A stretch of DNA of 64,000 nt from a virus: the IMG/VR virus record IMGVR_UViG_3300050821_013910, positions 10,563-74,562 of that record, one strand, 5' to 3'. The notes beneath the pieces are model-generated. The model had not been told where the DNA came from. It ran no database searches and saw nothing but the letters and a program-made list of their open reading frames with translations. Position numbers and translations under genes: made by a program. This document shows, piece by piece, positions 17,233 to 26,833 of this stretch. Each line of letters starts with the position of its first letter. Within the stretch, counting starts at the first letter, position 1.

Positions 17233-18540
17233 TTGGCACAATGGTCCTTGGTAGGAGATGCGCTACTGGCCCTCCGCGAGATGGCCGCCGATCCCCCCTC
17301 TGCCCTCCCCGCCCCCCTTCTCACCTCCGTCACCCCCTCCCCCACCGGCTCGACCCTGCTCTGGTTCACGGTCACCCAACTGACCCCCTGGGGCGAATCC
17401 GCCGCCAGCCTTGAGCAGGCCGTCACCACCGGCGCTCTCAACTCCACTTTCACCCTCGCCGGGACCTGCTCGTTCGCCGCCACCTCGCTCCGGGTCTACT
17501 TCACTCTCGCTGCCTCCGCCGGGGAGGACCGCTACTCCGAATACCCGATCCCCTCCGGTGGCATCGGCGCCTTCTCCATCACCTTCACCCTCTCGGGCAC
17601 CGGCGCGCTCGGCACGGCGGCGCAGGGGGCGATCACGCCGGGGTTCGCGCCCACGAGGTCGTCGGCGTGGCTGCCGGACACGGATGGGACAGCGTTGTCG
17701 GCGGCGGCTCTCTTCCGGTGGATCAACGAAGGCCTTGACGCCACTACCGCCTTGGCTGAAGGTATCCGCGACGTGACTGGAATGCCCTCCACCTCCGGTC
17801 AAGCTCAGTACCAAGTCATATCTAACTGGCGCAAACTAACCTCAGGCTTCTACGACGGCTATCCAATAACTATGGGCAGTAAGTCGGACGTGTTCCGCAG
17901 GTCCAACGTCGTGGGAATATCCGGCGTTACGGTCCTTAATCAAGACTCGGTGGTTCAGCAAGTAGAGCTATACCCGCAGTCCTCGCGGACCTCTGGCGCT
18001 GGCACACTTACCGGATCATTATCAGCGACTGCTACCTCTATCCCCTACACGCCGGGAGCAACGGGATGGGTTCTGGGATTCGGACTGGCTCTGCTTGGTC
18101 CTTACCCCGCTGACCCCTCCGCCAACGAGCTAATCTATTACTCAGGGAACGTATCTAACACTCTCGCTCCGTGCACCCGAGGCATGGGAGGGACAATCGC
18201 GCAGGCATGGCCCACCGGGACACTAGTCTCTGAATGTAACATCTACTTCTCGGGCATCCGCTATCCTATCCACTATTCGCGCGGACAATCTGCTAATCAA
18301 CTGAACCTTCCCCCCTCGTGGATCGACGCGCTGAAGGATTACCTATCTGCGCGATTCAAACAGGCCGAGCAGGATGTTGAAGGAGCGAGTGCGATCTACA
18401 AGATATTTGAGCAGAAATGTATGTCGATTAAGGGCAACCGCGAAGTTATGTCACCGAGGAGGATTCAGGTTGGCGGAAGTCAGGGACCGGAGACAATTTC
18501 CGGAGCAGGTGGGTACTTCGGGGGTGTGATCCTTCCATGA
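17233..18540 (+). CDS. head-tail adaptor / tail tubular A-like protein
   Basis: LFRWINEG and LPPSWIDALKDYLSARF helices; position; TATAAT at 17163. Confidence 0.5.
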   Translation: MAQWSLVGDALLALREMAADPPSALPAPLLTSVTPSPTGSTLLWFTVTQLTPWGESAASLEQAVTTGALNSTFTLAGTCSFAATSLRVYFTLAASAGEDRYSEYPIPSGGIGAFSITFTLSGTGALGTAAQGAITPGFAPTRSSAWLPDTDGTALSAAALFRWINEGLDATTALAEGIRDVTGMPSTSGQAQYQVISNWRKLTSGFYDGYPITMGSKSDVFRRSNVVGISGVTVLNQDSVVQQVELYPQSSRTSGAGTLTGSLSATATSIPYTPGATGWVLGFGLALLGPYPADPSANELIYYSGNVSNTLAPCTRGMGGTIAQAWPTGTLVSECNIYFSGIRYPIHYSRGQSANQLNLPPSWIDALKDYLSARFKQAEQDVEGASAIYKIFEQKCMSIKGNREVMSPRRIQVGGSQGPETISGAGGYFGGVILP

Positions 18541-20855
18541 GTGCGAAGATAGTGTCGCAAAGAAAGTGGGCCAAGTTAGTCGCATCGACTAACTCCCTCT
18601 CCCAACCTCCCGGCGCAGTTACTCGGCTGAGTAACCTATTGTTCACTCAGCGTGGTGGACTCCAAATCTGTTCCGGCTCCTTCCCCATCGGCTTCCTCCC
18701 CGCCTCCTACCCGCTCCCTCTCTCCGTCGCCGTCTTCTCGAACAACCTCACCCGTCAATACCCTTACTATTCCGCCCTCTCGCAGCGATCCTCTCCCCTG
18801 TTCGCCAACGTCACTGGGTTCACCGCCGCCCCCTCCGGCGCGACCACCAACCCGGCCGGGACCTACCTCTTTGCCATTGTCGCGATTGGCTCCTCCGCTG
18901 GCACCGACCACACCGGCATCACCACCCTCGGACCCTTCGCCGAGTTCACCACCGCCTCCACTTTCGCCTCCGTCATATTCAACTGGACCGCCGTCGTCGG
19001 GGCCTATGGCTACCAGATCTGGATGATCAACGCCAATCCTCTCTTCGGGACCAACCTTCTTGGCTCGCTCATCGCTACTGTCACCCCCGGCACGACCGCC
19101 ACCTACACCTTCACTGGCACCCTGCCGCTCCCCGCCGCCCTGACCACCCCTGCGCCCTTCGCCAACACGACCCAGTACCTCAACCTTTTTGTCCTCTATC
19201 AGGTCCCGAACCATCCGATCACCGACCTGCTGACCGTGGGGGTTACTGGCGGCTCCTACCCCGCGCTCCCGCCCCAGGCCGCCTCGCTCCTGCCCGGCGA
19301 CCCGGCCTTCGTCCCACTGACCCCCGCGCCAGGATTCTCCCCCTACGGCGGACTGGCCGGGGTGGCCTGCCCGATCCCCCAGCAGTTGACCTTCGCCGGG
19401 TTGGAAATCCTGATCCTCGGCAATGGCCTCCCCCCGCAGTCCTACGATCCCTCCCTCCTCGGAGCCACCCCCCCGGCCGCCCTCACGAACACCTTCACCG
19501 CCGCCTATCCGACCTGGCAGCCCTCGGTCTCGTGGCTCACTGGCTCGCAGGTCACCGACGGGGCAGGGAACTACTACACGGCCACCCAGGGAGGAGTCAG
19601 CCAGACCCCCGGGCCTCCGACCTGGGCCACTGCCAAGGGCGCCGAGACAGCGGACGGGTCGGTCATCTGGACCTCGCAAGGCCCTATCATCACCCCCCCG
19701 GCGCCCCGCGCCGCCGCCCACGCCGTGGCCTACGCCGGCTCGCTCTGGCTCGCCAACACTTCCCCGACCACCACCACCGACCAGATCGACGGCCCGACCT
19801 GTCTGAAAATGTCCGACTCCAACAACCCCAACTCCTGGAACCCGGTCAACACCGCGTTCATCGGCCGGGACGACGGGACCCAGATCACCGGGCTCCAGCC
19901 GTTCACGATCGCCGCGCTGGGGATCTCTCCGACTGGGTCCCTGTGCGTGTTCAAGGAGTTTCTGACTTTTCAGGTGATCGGGGTCTTTGGCTCATCCTCC
20001 TTTGAAATCCAACCCGCGCAGACCAACCTTGGCTGTCTGGCCGCGCGGTCGATACAATTCCTGCCCGGGTTCGGGGTGGTCCGCTACTCCCACCTCGGGT
20101 TCGCCGTGTTCGACGGGATCAACGACCGGCTGATCTCGGAGGATATTCGGCCTTACCTGTTCGGCGGAGTAGACAGCGAATCCGACCTGACCCCCGTGGA
20201 CCCGGCCTTCCTCTACCTCAGCCAGTCGGCCCAGACCGCCTCCCCGCCGATGTACCTCTGTGCCATGCCGCTGGCCGCCTCTCCTGCTGGCGGCCTGGGC
20301 TCCGGCATGCTCACCCGCCTCTTCTGCTACGACCTGGTGATGAAAGCCTGGGCCATACTCGACCTCCCTTGGCCGATCACCTCCCTGAGCGCCGCCACCG
20401 GCGGGGAGGGCTATCCACTGGTTCTCGCTGGCAAGACGGACGGGACCCTCCAGCGCCTCCAGTCCGGCGACCTGGCCTGGAACGAGAACCCCAGCACCGG
20501 GGTGGGGACGGCGGTGGCGTGGTCGTTTAGGTCGCCCGATGTCTTCGGCGAGGGATCGAGCCAGAAAATCTTCTACCAGGAGGCAATCATTCGCGGCTAC
20601 GGTTCCGCCGCGATGGTCCAGTCGATCCTTGCCCAACTCTGGCTGGACGGCAAGAACCTGGGAATGCTGCAACCCATTGACATCGTCCCCCAGGCCGGAA
20701 CGACACTGTTCGAGGTACGGGTCAGCATTTTCAGGTCGGGATATCGCGCGCATCTGGATGTCAGCGGGAACAACGGAGGAGCGAGCGGAGTGATCGACGC
20801 GATTGACTGGGTCGTCACCCCAAAGAACAGTCAGGCAAGGCGGGTGATTGGATGA
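18537..20855 (+). CDS. tail nozzle / tubular B (P22 gp10-like) protein with an inserted carbohydrate-binding-like module
   Basis: Propeller-type motifs (SDSNNPNSW, LCVFKE, LGCLAARSI, LISEDIRP, YDLVMKAW); WQPSVSW...YTATQGGVS...PTW insert. Confidence 0.6.
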   Translation: MSAKIVSQRKWAKLVASTNSLSQPPGAVTRLSNLLFTQRGGLQICSGSFPIGFLPASYPLPLSVAVFSNNLTRQYPYYSALSQRSSPLFANVTGFTAAPSGATTNPAGTYLFAIVAIGSSAGTDHTGITTLGPFAEFTTASTFASVIFNWTAVVGAYGYQIWMINANPLFGTNLLGSLIATVTPGTTATYTFTGTLPLPAALTTPAPFANTTQYLNLFVLYQVPNHPITDLLTVGVTGGSYPALPPQAASLLPGDPAFVPLTPAPGFSPYGGLAGVACPIPQQLTFAGLEILILGNGLPPQSYDPSLLGATPPAALTNTFTAAYPTWQPSVSWLTGSQVTDGAGNYYTATQGGVSQTPGPPTWATAKGAETADGSVIWTSQGPIITPPAPRAAAHAVAYAGSLWLANTSPTTTTDQIDGPTCLKMSDSNNPNSWNPVNTAFIGRDDGTQITGLQPFTIAALGISPTGSLCVFKEFLTFQVIGVFGSSSFEIQPAQTNLGCLAARSIQFLPGFGVVRYSHLGFAVFDGINDRLISEDIRPYLFGGVDSESDLTPVDPAFLYLSQSAQTASPPMYLCAMPLAASPAGGLGSGMLTRLFCYDLVMKAWAILDLPWPITSLSAATGGEGYPLVLAGKTDGTLQRLQSGDLAWNENPSTGVGTAVAWSFRSPDVFGEGSSQKIFYQEAIIRGYGSAAMVQSILAQLWLDGKNLGMLQPIDIVPQAGTTLFEVRVSIFRSGYRAHLDVSGNNGGASGVIDAIDWVVTPKNSQARRVIG

Positions 20856-20862
20856 CCCAGAG

Positions 20863-20931
20863 CACTGTTATGCCCTTCTCCCTCCCTCTCCTCCCTTCCT
20901 CCTCGCTCTCCACCCGCCGCCCCGCTACCAT
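20863..20931 (+). promoter_or_regulatory. candidate late promoter (CACTGTTATGCC + pyrimidine tract + TACCAT)
   Basis: 12-mer CACTGTTATGCC identical to 8190-8201. Confidence 0.45.
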
Positions 20932-20991
20932 AGTCCCAGAAGCCCTCCCCCAAGCTACGCGCAGACCTGTGTCCGGAGAGGGAGGAGCCTG

Positions 20992-21519
20992 ATGATTACT
21001 GAGACCCAGACCGCTCCTGCCGCCACTCCTATCGTCCCCGACCCTTCCTCCTCGGTCCTGATCCTCCCGGTCTCCTACGCCGCGATCCTCGACGACCCTG
21101 CCGCTCCTGCCCTCCTCCAGTCCTACGCCGAGGAGTGCCTCGTCCCGGATGCCTCCCCCCAGCGCCAGTTGTACGAGACCATGGAGAGGGTGGGAGCGAT
21201 CCAGTGCTTCGGGGCCTACCTAGATGGAAACCTGTCTGGCTTCATCTCCGTCTTCCGGACAATCGTCCCGCACGACGGCCACCTGATCGCCTGCATCGAG
21301 TCCTTCTTCGTCTCCGCCCCCGCCCGACCGACCGGGGCCGCCCTGCTCCTCCTCGCTGCCGCCGAGCACCACGCGACCCTCTCGGGGTGCCGCTGCCTCT
21401 TGGCCTCTGCTCGCCTCGACTCCGCGCTCGACCTTCTCCTCACTCGCCGTCCCGGTTACGCACGGACCCACTCCCAGCACACCCTCTGGCTCAACGGGTA
21501 CAAAGGAGGGAGGGAATGA
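20992..21519 (+). CDS. GNAT-fold acetyltransferase-like protein
   Basis: FGAYLDGNLSGFI...IESFFVSAPARPTGAALLLLAAAE; GGAGGAG SD. Confidence 0.7.
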   Translation: MITETQTAPAATPIVPDPSSSVLILPVSYAAILDDPAAPALLQSYAEECLVPDASPQRQLYETMERVGAIQCFGAYLDGNLSGFISVFRTIVPHDGHLIACIESFFVSAPARPTGAALLLLAAAEHHATLSGCRCLLASARLDSALDLLLTRRPGYARTHSQHTLWLNGYKGGRE

Positions 21520-22004
21520 ACCAGCCAAGCCTGATCGACCAGACTGCCCTCGCGGCCATCCCCTCTAACGCCCTCGCGCCTCCCTCGCCCGCGACCCTCG
21601 ACCGGCTCCACGAGGCCGACCGACTGATCCGCTCCTGCCCCCAGGTCGAAATCCTGACCGAGCACCTCCTCCACGGCGGGATGTACGCGCGGACCATCCG
21701 GCGGGGTCCCGGCGTCGTCGCCGTCGGCTCGGTCATCCTGCGCGCCACCATCCTGATCGTCAACGGCCCGTGCTCCCTGCTGACCGACCGGGGCCGCCTC
21801 GACCTCTCCGGCTACAACGTCCTCCCCGGGCTGCCCGGCCGCAAATCCTTCTCCCTGACCCACGGCCCAGTGGAGATGACTATGATCTTCCCTACCTCGG
21901 CCAGGACGGTCGCAGAGGCGGAGGAGGAGATATTCGGGGAGGCCAGCGACCTGATGTCCAGGCAGGACGGCAACGAGAACCAAGTAACCATCACCGGTCA
22001 GTAG
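21516..22004 (+). CDS. cupin-like phage protein
   Basis: EHLLHGGMYARTI...PGRKS pattern; ATGA coupling. Confidence 0.5.
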   Translation: MNQPSLIDQTALAAIPSNALAPPSPATLDRLHEADRLIRSCPQVEILTEHLLHGGMYARTIRRGPGVVAVGSVILRATILIVNGPCSLLTDRGRLDLSGYNVLPGLPGRKSFSLTHGPVEMTMIFPTSARTVAEAEEEIFGEASDLMSRQDGNENQVTITGQ

Positions 22005-22025
22005 CCCGAGAAAGGACCACGCCCA

Positions 22026-22589
22026 ATGTCCGGCACCGTTTCCGCCACCACCGCCGCCCTGATCGCCGCCGCCGTCGGCGCGGTCGGCACCGGGGCCGGA
22101 GCCTACGAGGCTTACAACTCCTCGGCCGACCAAGCCGAGGCCCAACAGAAACAGCAGCAGGCCCTCCTCCAGCAACAGCGCCAGCAGGCCACCCAGGCCG
22201 ACCTGACCAAGCGGGAGGCGGTCCTCGGCGCCCAGGGTCAGGCTCAGCAGCAGACCGGGGGATCGCTCACGGACCAGGGGACGGCGGCGTTGACGGACCT
22301 TCTCGCAGGCTATCCGGGTTATCAAGCTGGGACGAGCGGCACGGGCGGCTCCGGCACCAGCACCGGCCAGGGAGTCGGCTCCAGCGGCGTTCCCGGCCAG
22401 GGCGGGGCAGGCAGCCCCGGTCCCGCGCCCGACATTGCCGCCATCCTCGCTGCTCTCCGTAACCAGGGAGGAGGCTCTCCCTTCGGCGGCCCCGGCGGCC
22501 CCTCCCCCTCCTCCCTCTCCGGCGGCAACTGGCCCTCCTCCTCCCCCACCCCCTCGACCCGTTTCGAACTCGCCAACCCTCTTCTCTGA
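22026..22589 (+). CDS. internal virion / DNA ejection protein
   Basis: Ala/Gly N-terminus, Gln-rich helix, position after nozzle. Confidence 0.55.
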   Translation: MSGTVSATTAALIAAAVGAVGTGAGAYEAYNSSADQAEAQQKQQQALLQQQRQQATQADLTKREAVLGAQGQAQQQTGGSLTDQGTAALTDLLAGYPGYQAGTSGTGGSGTSTGQGVGSSGVPGQGGAGSPGPAPDIAAILAALRNQGGGSPFGGPGGPSPSSLSGGNWPSSSPTPSTRFELANPLL

Positions 22590-22607
22590 GGAAAGGAGTC
22601 ACCCCAG

Positions 22608-23267
22608 ATGTCCGGCACCCTCTCGGCCACCACCCTCGCTTCCCTGGCTCCTTACCTCCAGGACGCTACCCAGGTCGCCCAGCTCGGCTCCACGGCCTAT
22701 AACATGTATAACCAGTACCAGAACCAGCAATACCAGAACCTCCTGCGCTCCTACGCCCAGGACCCGGCGAAAATGAACGCCTACGCCGCCAAGTTCACCC
22801 AGCCCCTGACCGCCGGGCTCCAGCGGTCGGTCGCCAACGAGACCCAGGGCTACCTCGCCTCCCGCGGGCTCTCGGACTCGCCCCAAATCTCCGAACAGGT
22901 CGAGGCCCAGGCCATCGCCCCCTACGTCCAGCAGAACCAGCAGGCCGGGTACCAGGATGCCTTGCAAGCGCTCGGACTGGGCGGCGGGGCGATCCCCCCG
23001 GCTCTGCAGCAACAGAACTCGCTCTCTGCGCTGGCCAAGGCCTTCTCGATGTGGGGCGCGGGCGGGACGGGCGGGGCAGGCAACCTAGCCCAACTCCTCA
23101 AACTCTCCCAAGCCGCTCCTACTCCCCCCACCACCCCCTACGACCTTAGCGGCGACTCTACCATCCCCTACGAGCCGACCCAGACCTGGGACTTCAGCAA
23201 CTGGCAGCCGGATTACTCGGCGTCGGCCCCAGCCTCGGCGACCGGCGACACCGGTGGAGGAGGATAA
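22608..23267 (+). CDS. internal virion / DNA ejection protein
   Basis: A/Q-rich, LASRGLSDS motif; MSGTLSATT start echoes the previous gene (MSGTVSATT). Confidence 0.55.
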   Translation: MSGTLSATTLASLAPYLQDATQVAQLGSTAYNMYNQYQNQQYQNLLRSYAQDPAKMNAYAAKFTQPLTAGLQRSVANETQGYLASRGLSDSPQISEQVEAQAIAPYVQQNQQAGYQDALQALGLGGGAIPPALQQQNSLSALAKAFSMWGAGGTGGAGNLAQLLKLSQAAPTPPTTPYDLSGDSTIPYEPTQTWDFSNWQPDYSASAPASATGDTGGGG

Positions 23268-23271
23268 GGTT

Positions 23272-24681
23272 ATGGCTGGCTTCTGGAACGCCCTCTCGGT
23301 CCTGGCCCCCGTCGCCCCGGCCCTCTCCGACGCCCAGGACATCCGCGCCCAGCGCCAGGCCGACGCCCAGCGCCTGGCCCAGCAGGCCGCCGCCTTCCCC
23401 AAGGAACAGGCCCTCCGGGACGCCCAGATCACCGCCGAACGCCTCGCCGCCCAATCCGAGCAGCAACGCCTTACCCAGGGCGCCCAGCCTACCATCATCG
23501 GTGAGCCCCAGTGGAACCCGGCCACTCACTCGAACCAGGTCCTGACCTTCGACCGCAACACCGGCGCCCTAGCCCTCCGCGACGCTCCCGGCATCGACCC
23601 CTCCGCCGCCGCCTCCGCCAAGTACGCCGCCGCCAAGTCCGACTACAAAAAGATCGCCGGCCGGGACCTCTCGCCTGAGGAAGACGAGAGCCTTTTCTTC
23701 CAGGCCTACGGGTACAAGCCGACCGCCTCCAGGATCAGCCAGCTCACGGGAGACGCAGGCAAGCCATACAAGGGAAACGACGGCCAGTACTACGTCAACG
23801 CCAAGGACGCCACCGGGGCCATTATCCAGATGCCCCTCGGTCCTAACTACCAGCCTCCCGCTCCCAAGCCAGCCACCTCCCCTTCCGCCATCTTCGCCAA
23901 TCTCCTGACCAAGCAAATCCTGGCCAGCAAGCGGCAGGGTCCTCCTCTGTCCGCACAGGAATCCGCCCAACTCGTCGCCACCCGCGCGGCCCTGGACGAA
24001 GCCGGAGTCGCCCGCGCCAACGCCATGGCCCAGGCCAACGCCGCCAACCACCTCTACCTCGTGACCGACCCCAACACGGGCATGGAGACAGCGATCCCCG
24101 TGGCCGCCGGAATCGCCGCCTACAACCAGGGCACTCCCTTCCTCGCCGGCGCGGTCTCAGCCCCCACCGGTTCCGACAAGAAGAACTCCATCCTCGCCCA
24201 GTCGGCCATCCAGCAGGTCAACCGGATGCAGTCGATTCTCAAGGCTGACCCCAAGCTGACCGGCCCCGGGTCAGGTCAGCTAACCCGGCTCCAGATGTGG
24301 CTCGGGACCCAGGACCCCGATGCGCAACAATTCCTCATTTCCTCCCTCCTGGCCTCGGAACACGGGGTGGCGGTCTTCGGCGGGAGGAATATCCACACTA
24401 TCTCGGACCTTCAGAACGCGCTGGGCTCGATGAAGACCAACCCGGCCGCGCTGTCCGCCGCCCTGGACGTGGTGAAGGAGACGATGGCACCGTTTGCGAC
24501 GGCGGGGGGGAGGTTGCCGGCACCGGGGACTGGAGGAGCAGGGGCAGGGGGAGCAGGAGGAACAGGTTCCACCACTCCTCCAAAAAATACAGTCACCCTC
24601 AAGGCAGGCGGCAAGGTCTATAACATCCCCCGTGATCGGGTAGCGGCGTTCAGGAAGGACCATCCCGATGCCACCCAGTGA
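23272..24681 (+). CDS. internal virion / DNA ejection protein
   Basis: Helical A/Q-rich; C-terminal GGKVYNIPRDRV..F domain. Confidence 0.55.
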   Translation: MAGFWNALSVLAPVAPALSDAQDIRAQRQADAQRLAQQAAAFPKEQALRDAQITAERLAAQSEQQRLTQGAQPTIIGEPQWNPATHSNQVLTFDRNTGALALRDAPGIDPSAAASAKYAAAKSDYKKIAGRDLSPEEDESLFFQAYGYKPTASRISQLTGDAGKPYKGNDGQYYVNAKDATGAIIQMPLGPNYQPPAPKPATSPSAIFANLLTKQILASKRQGPPLSAQESAQLVATRAALDEAGVARANAMAQANAANHLYLVTDPNTGMETAIPVAAGIAAYNQGTPFLAGAVSAPTGSDKKNSILAQSAIQQVNRMQSILKADPKLTGPGSGQLTRLQMWLGTQDPDAQQFLISSLLASEHGVAVFGGRNIHTISDLQNALGSMKTNPAALSAALDVVKETMAPFATAGGRLPAPGTGGAGAGGAGGTGSTTPPKNTVTLKAGGKVYNIPRDRVAAFRKDHPDATQ

Positions 24682-26833
24682 CAAGTGGGCGCAGTACGAG
24701 GTCGGGGCTCCTGCTCCTGCGGCCAAGCCAGCTGCCAAGCCCGACAAGTGGGCGCAGTACGAAGCCACGCCCGCCGCACCGACCGCTCCCACCCCCGCCG
24801 CCTCCGCCGCCCCCACCGGCGTCCTCCGCGCCCCCACCGAGCGTGAGCGCTTCCTCCAGCCCGAACTCTACCCGGTCGGGCTCAAGGGGGAAGGGGTCGG
24901 CGAGAACATCCACAACCTCTTCCAGCGCGGAGGGGTCGGGATATTCCAGCTGGCCGACGCGGCCACCCACCCGCGCCAGACCTTGGCCTCGATCCTCGCC
25001 TCCATCTCCCCGGAGCCAGCCGTCCACGCGGCCAACCGGGTGGTGGACTGGGAGAACCGCATCCCCGGTATGCACTACTTCACCACCCACCTGCCCGAGC
25101 GCACCACTAATCCCCTCCAGCAGGCCTACTCTGCCCTCCTGACCTCCCAGAACCCGGTCGAGGCCGCTGGCAAGGCGGCTCCCCTCGCCGGCCAGGCCCT
25201 CGCCACCGCCGGCCTGGGCGAGGTCCTCCCTCCCGTGGCCGCCGATATTCGCGCTGGTGTTCGCTCCGGCGCTGAGTCCCTGGCCCGCTCCGTTACCGAC
25301 ACCGGCACCGGCCCGGTCAAATCCCTGGTCGAGAAGACGCAACTGGAAAACAAGGGGATCGACCTCGCTAACCAGGACCGGATCGCGGCGCACACCCGAG
25401 CCCGGACCGCCGCCGACGAAGCCAACGCCGCCGCCCTCCGCCAGTACAACCAGCGTGTAGGCCAGACCATCCAGCAGCGCCGCGCCGCCGCCGCCGCCGA
25501 CCAGGCCCGCCGCACCGCCCAGGCCGACACCCAAGTCTACGGGTCGCAACTGATCTACGGGTTGAGGCAACTAGACCGTTCCCTCCGTGACCGTGCTGCG
25601 ACGATGTTCGACGGGGTGCGCGCTCGGGTTGCACAGTCCGGCCAGCCTCCTCTCCCCGGGACCGAACTCGGCTCAGCCGCCCGCACTGCTCTGGCCAAAG
25701 TCACCGGCTCCTCGGAACTCCCCAAACCCTTCCGCGACATCCTCGGCAAGTATCCCGACGACGCGGCTCCCGACTTCGTATACCAGGGAGGAGTGAAGTT
25801 TGGCCCCGGCACTCCCCTGTACGAATCGGTGAAGGCGGCGGGGAACCTGCCTGCTGCCGCCCCGCCCGTAACCTTCGCCGACCTTCAGGGATACTACTCC
25901 GAGACCGGGTCGGAACTCGCCAAAGGAACCCTCCCGGGCGACATCTACCAGGCCACCCGCGACCTTCACAACTCGGTGGGGGACATGATGCAGCGGATGG
26001 CGGACAAGGCAGGGGCAGGGAAGCAGTTCTGGGACTCGCGTGTTTTCTACCGCAACTACATGAACACCTTTCATGAGCCAACCGGTCCCTCGGGTTCTGG
26101 TTCCCCCGTCGCGCAGGTTCTCCTCGCCAAGGACCCGGCTGTGGCCGTGGCCCGGTTCTCCGGACCTGCCGGGGCGCGCGGAGTGGCCCTTCTGCGGCAG
26201 TACCACCAGGGGTTGGCTGACCTCGCTCAGCGCGCTGGCCGGATCAAGCAGGAGGTGGCCGCCCAGACCTCCCAAGCCGCCGCCCCCCGGACTCCCAGGT
26301 CCATCACCTCGATCCCTCCGGCCAGGACCACCACCCCTCCCGCCCTCGAACTCCGCCCCCGTGCCACCATCTCCTCGCCGGACCTGGCCGCCGCCCGCCG
26401 CGCCGCCGCCGAGGCCCGGGTGAACCGGATCGCCAGCCGCGGACAGTGGGCGGCGACCTGGCCTCTGTTCCAGGCCGCACGAGCGCTCTGGGGCGGACAC
26501 ATTCCATCCATCCCCACGATGGGGTTGGAGTCGGCGGGGATGCTGGCTACGGTCCGAGCCACCACTCACCTCCTCCGCTACCCTCCCCTCAGGCAATTCT
26601 TGGAGCAGGCCCGCCCGGAGGACGTCCCGCTGATTCCACCTGAACTACGGGGGGACCTCCCTGGGCTGGTCAGTCAGGCCCAGAGGCAGGGGATCAAAGT
26701 CTCTCCGGCGCTGACGGCGGCGGTGGCGGCGGGAACAACGGCGGCTGGGCAGGCAGGGCAGGCAGGCAGGCAGTCAGTACAGGCAGCGCCCATAGCGCAA
26801 CCAACGCCTGCCCCCGCAGGAGCCGTCCAGTGA
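24668..26833 (+). CDS. large internal virion / DNA ejection protein
   Basis: 721 aa, Ala-rich; N-terminal DKWAQYE repeated twice. Confidence 0.55.
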   Translation: MPPSDKWAQYEVGAPAPAAKPAAKPDKWAQYEATPAAPTAPTPAASAAPTGVLRAPTERERFLQPELYPVGLKGEGVGENIHNLFQRGGVGIFQLADAATHPRQTLASILASISPEPAVHAANRVVDWENRIPGMHYFTTHLPERTTNPLQQAYSALLTSQNPVEAAGKAAPLAGQALATAGLGEVLPPVAADIRAGVRSGAESLARSVTDTGTGPVKSLVEKTQLENKGIDLANQDRIAAHTRARTAADEANAAALRQYNQRVGQTIQQRRAAAAADQARRTAQADTQVYGSQLIYGLRQLDRSLRDRAATMFDGVRARVAQSGQPPLPGTELGSAARTALAKVTGSSELPKPFRDILGKYPDDAAPDFVYQGGVKFGPGTPLYESVKAAGNLPAAAPPVTFADLQGYYSETGSELAKGTLPGDIYQATRDLHNSVGDMMQRMADKAGAGKQFWDSRVFYRNYMNTFHEPTGPSGSGSPVAQVLLAKDPAVAVARFSGPAGARGVALLRQYHQGLADLAQRAGRIKQEVAAQTSQAAAPRTPRSITSIPPARTTTPPALELRPRATISSPDLAAARRAAAEARVNRIASRGQWAATWPLFQAARALWGGHIPSIPTMGLESAGMLATVRATTHLLRYPPLRQFLEQARPEDVPLIPPELRGDLPGLVSQAQRQGIKVSPALTAAVAAGTTAAGQAGQAGRQSVQAAPIAQPTPAPAGAVQ

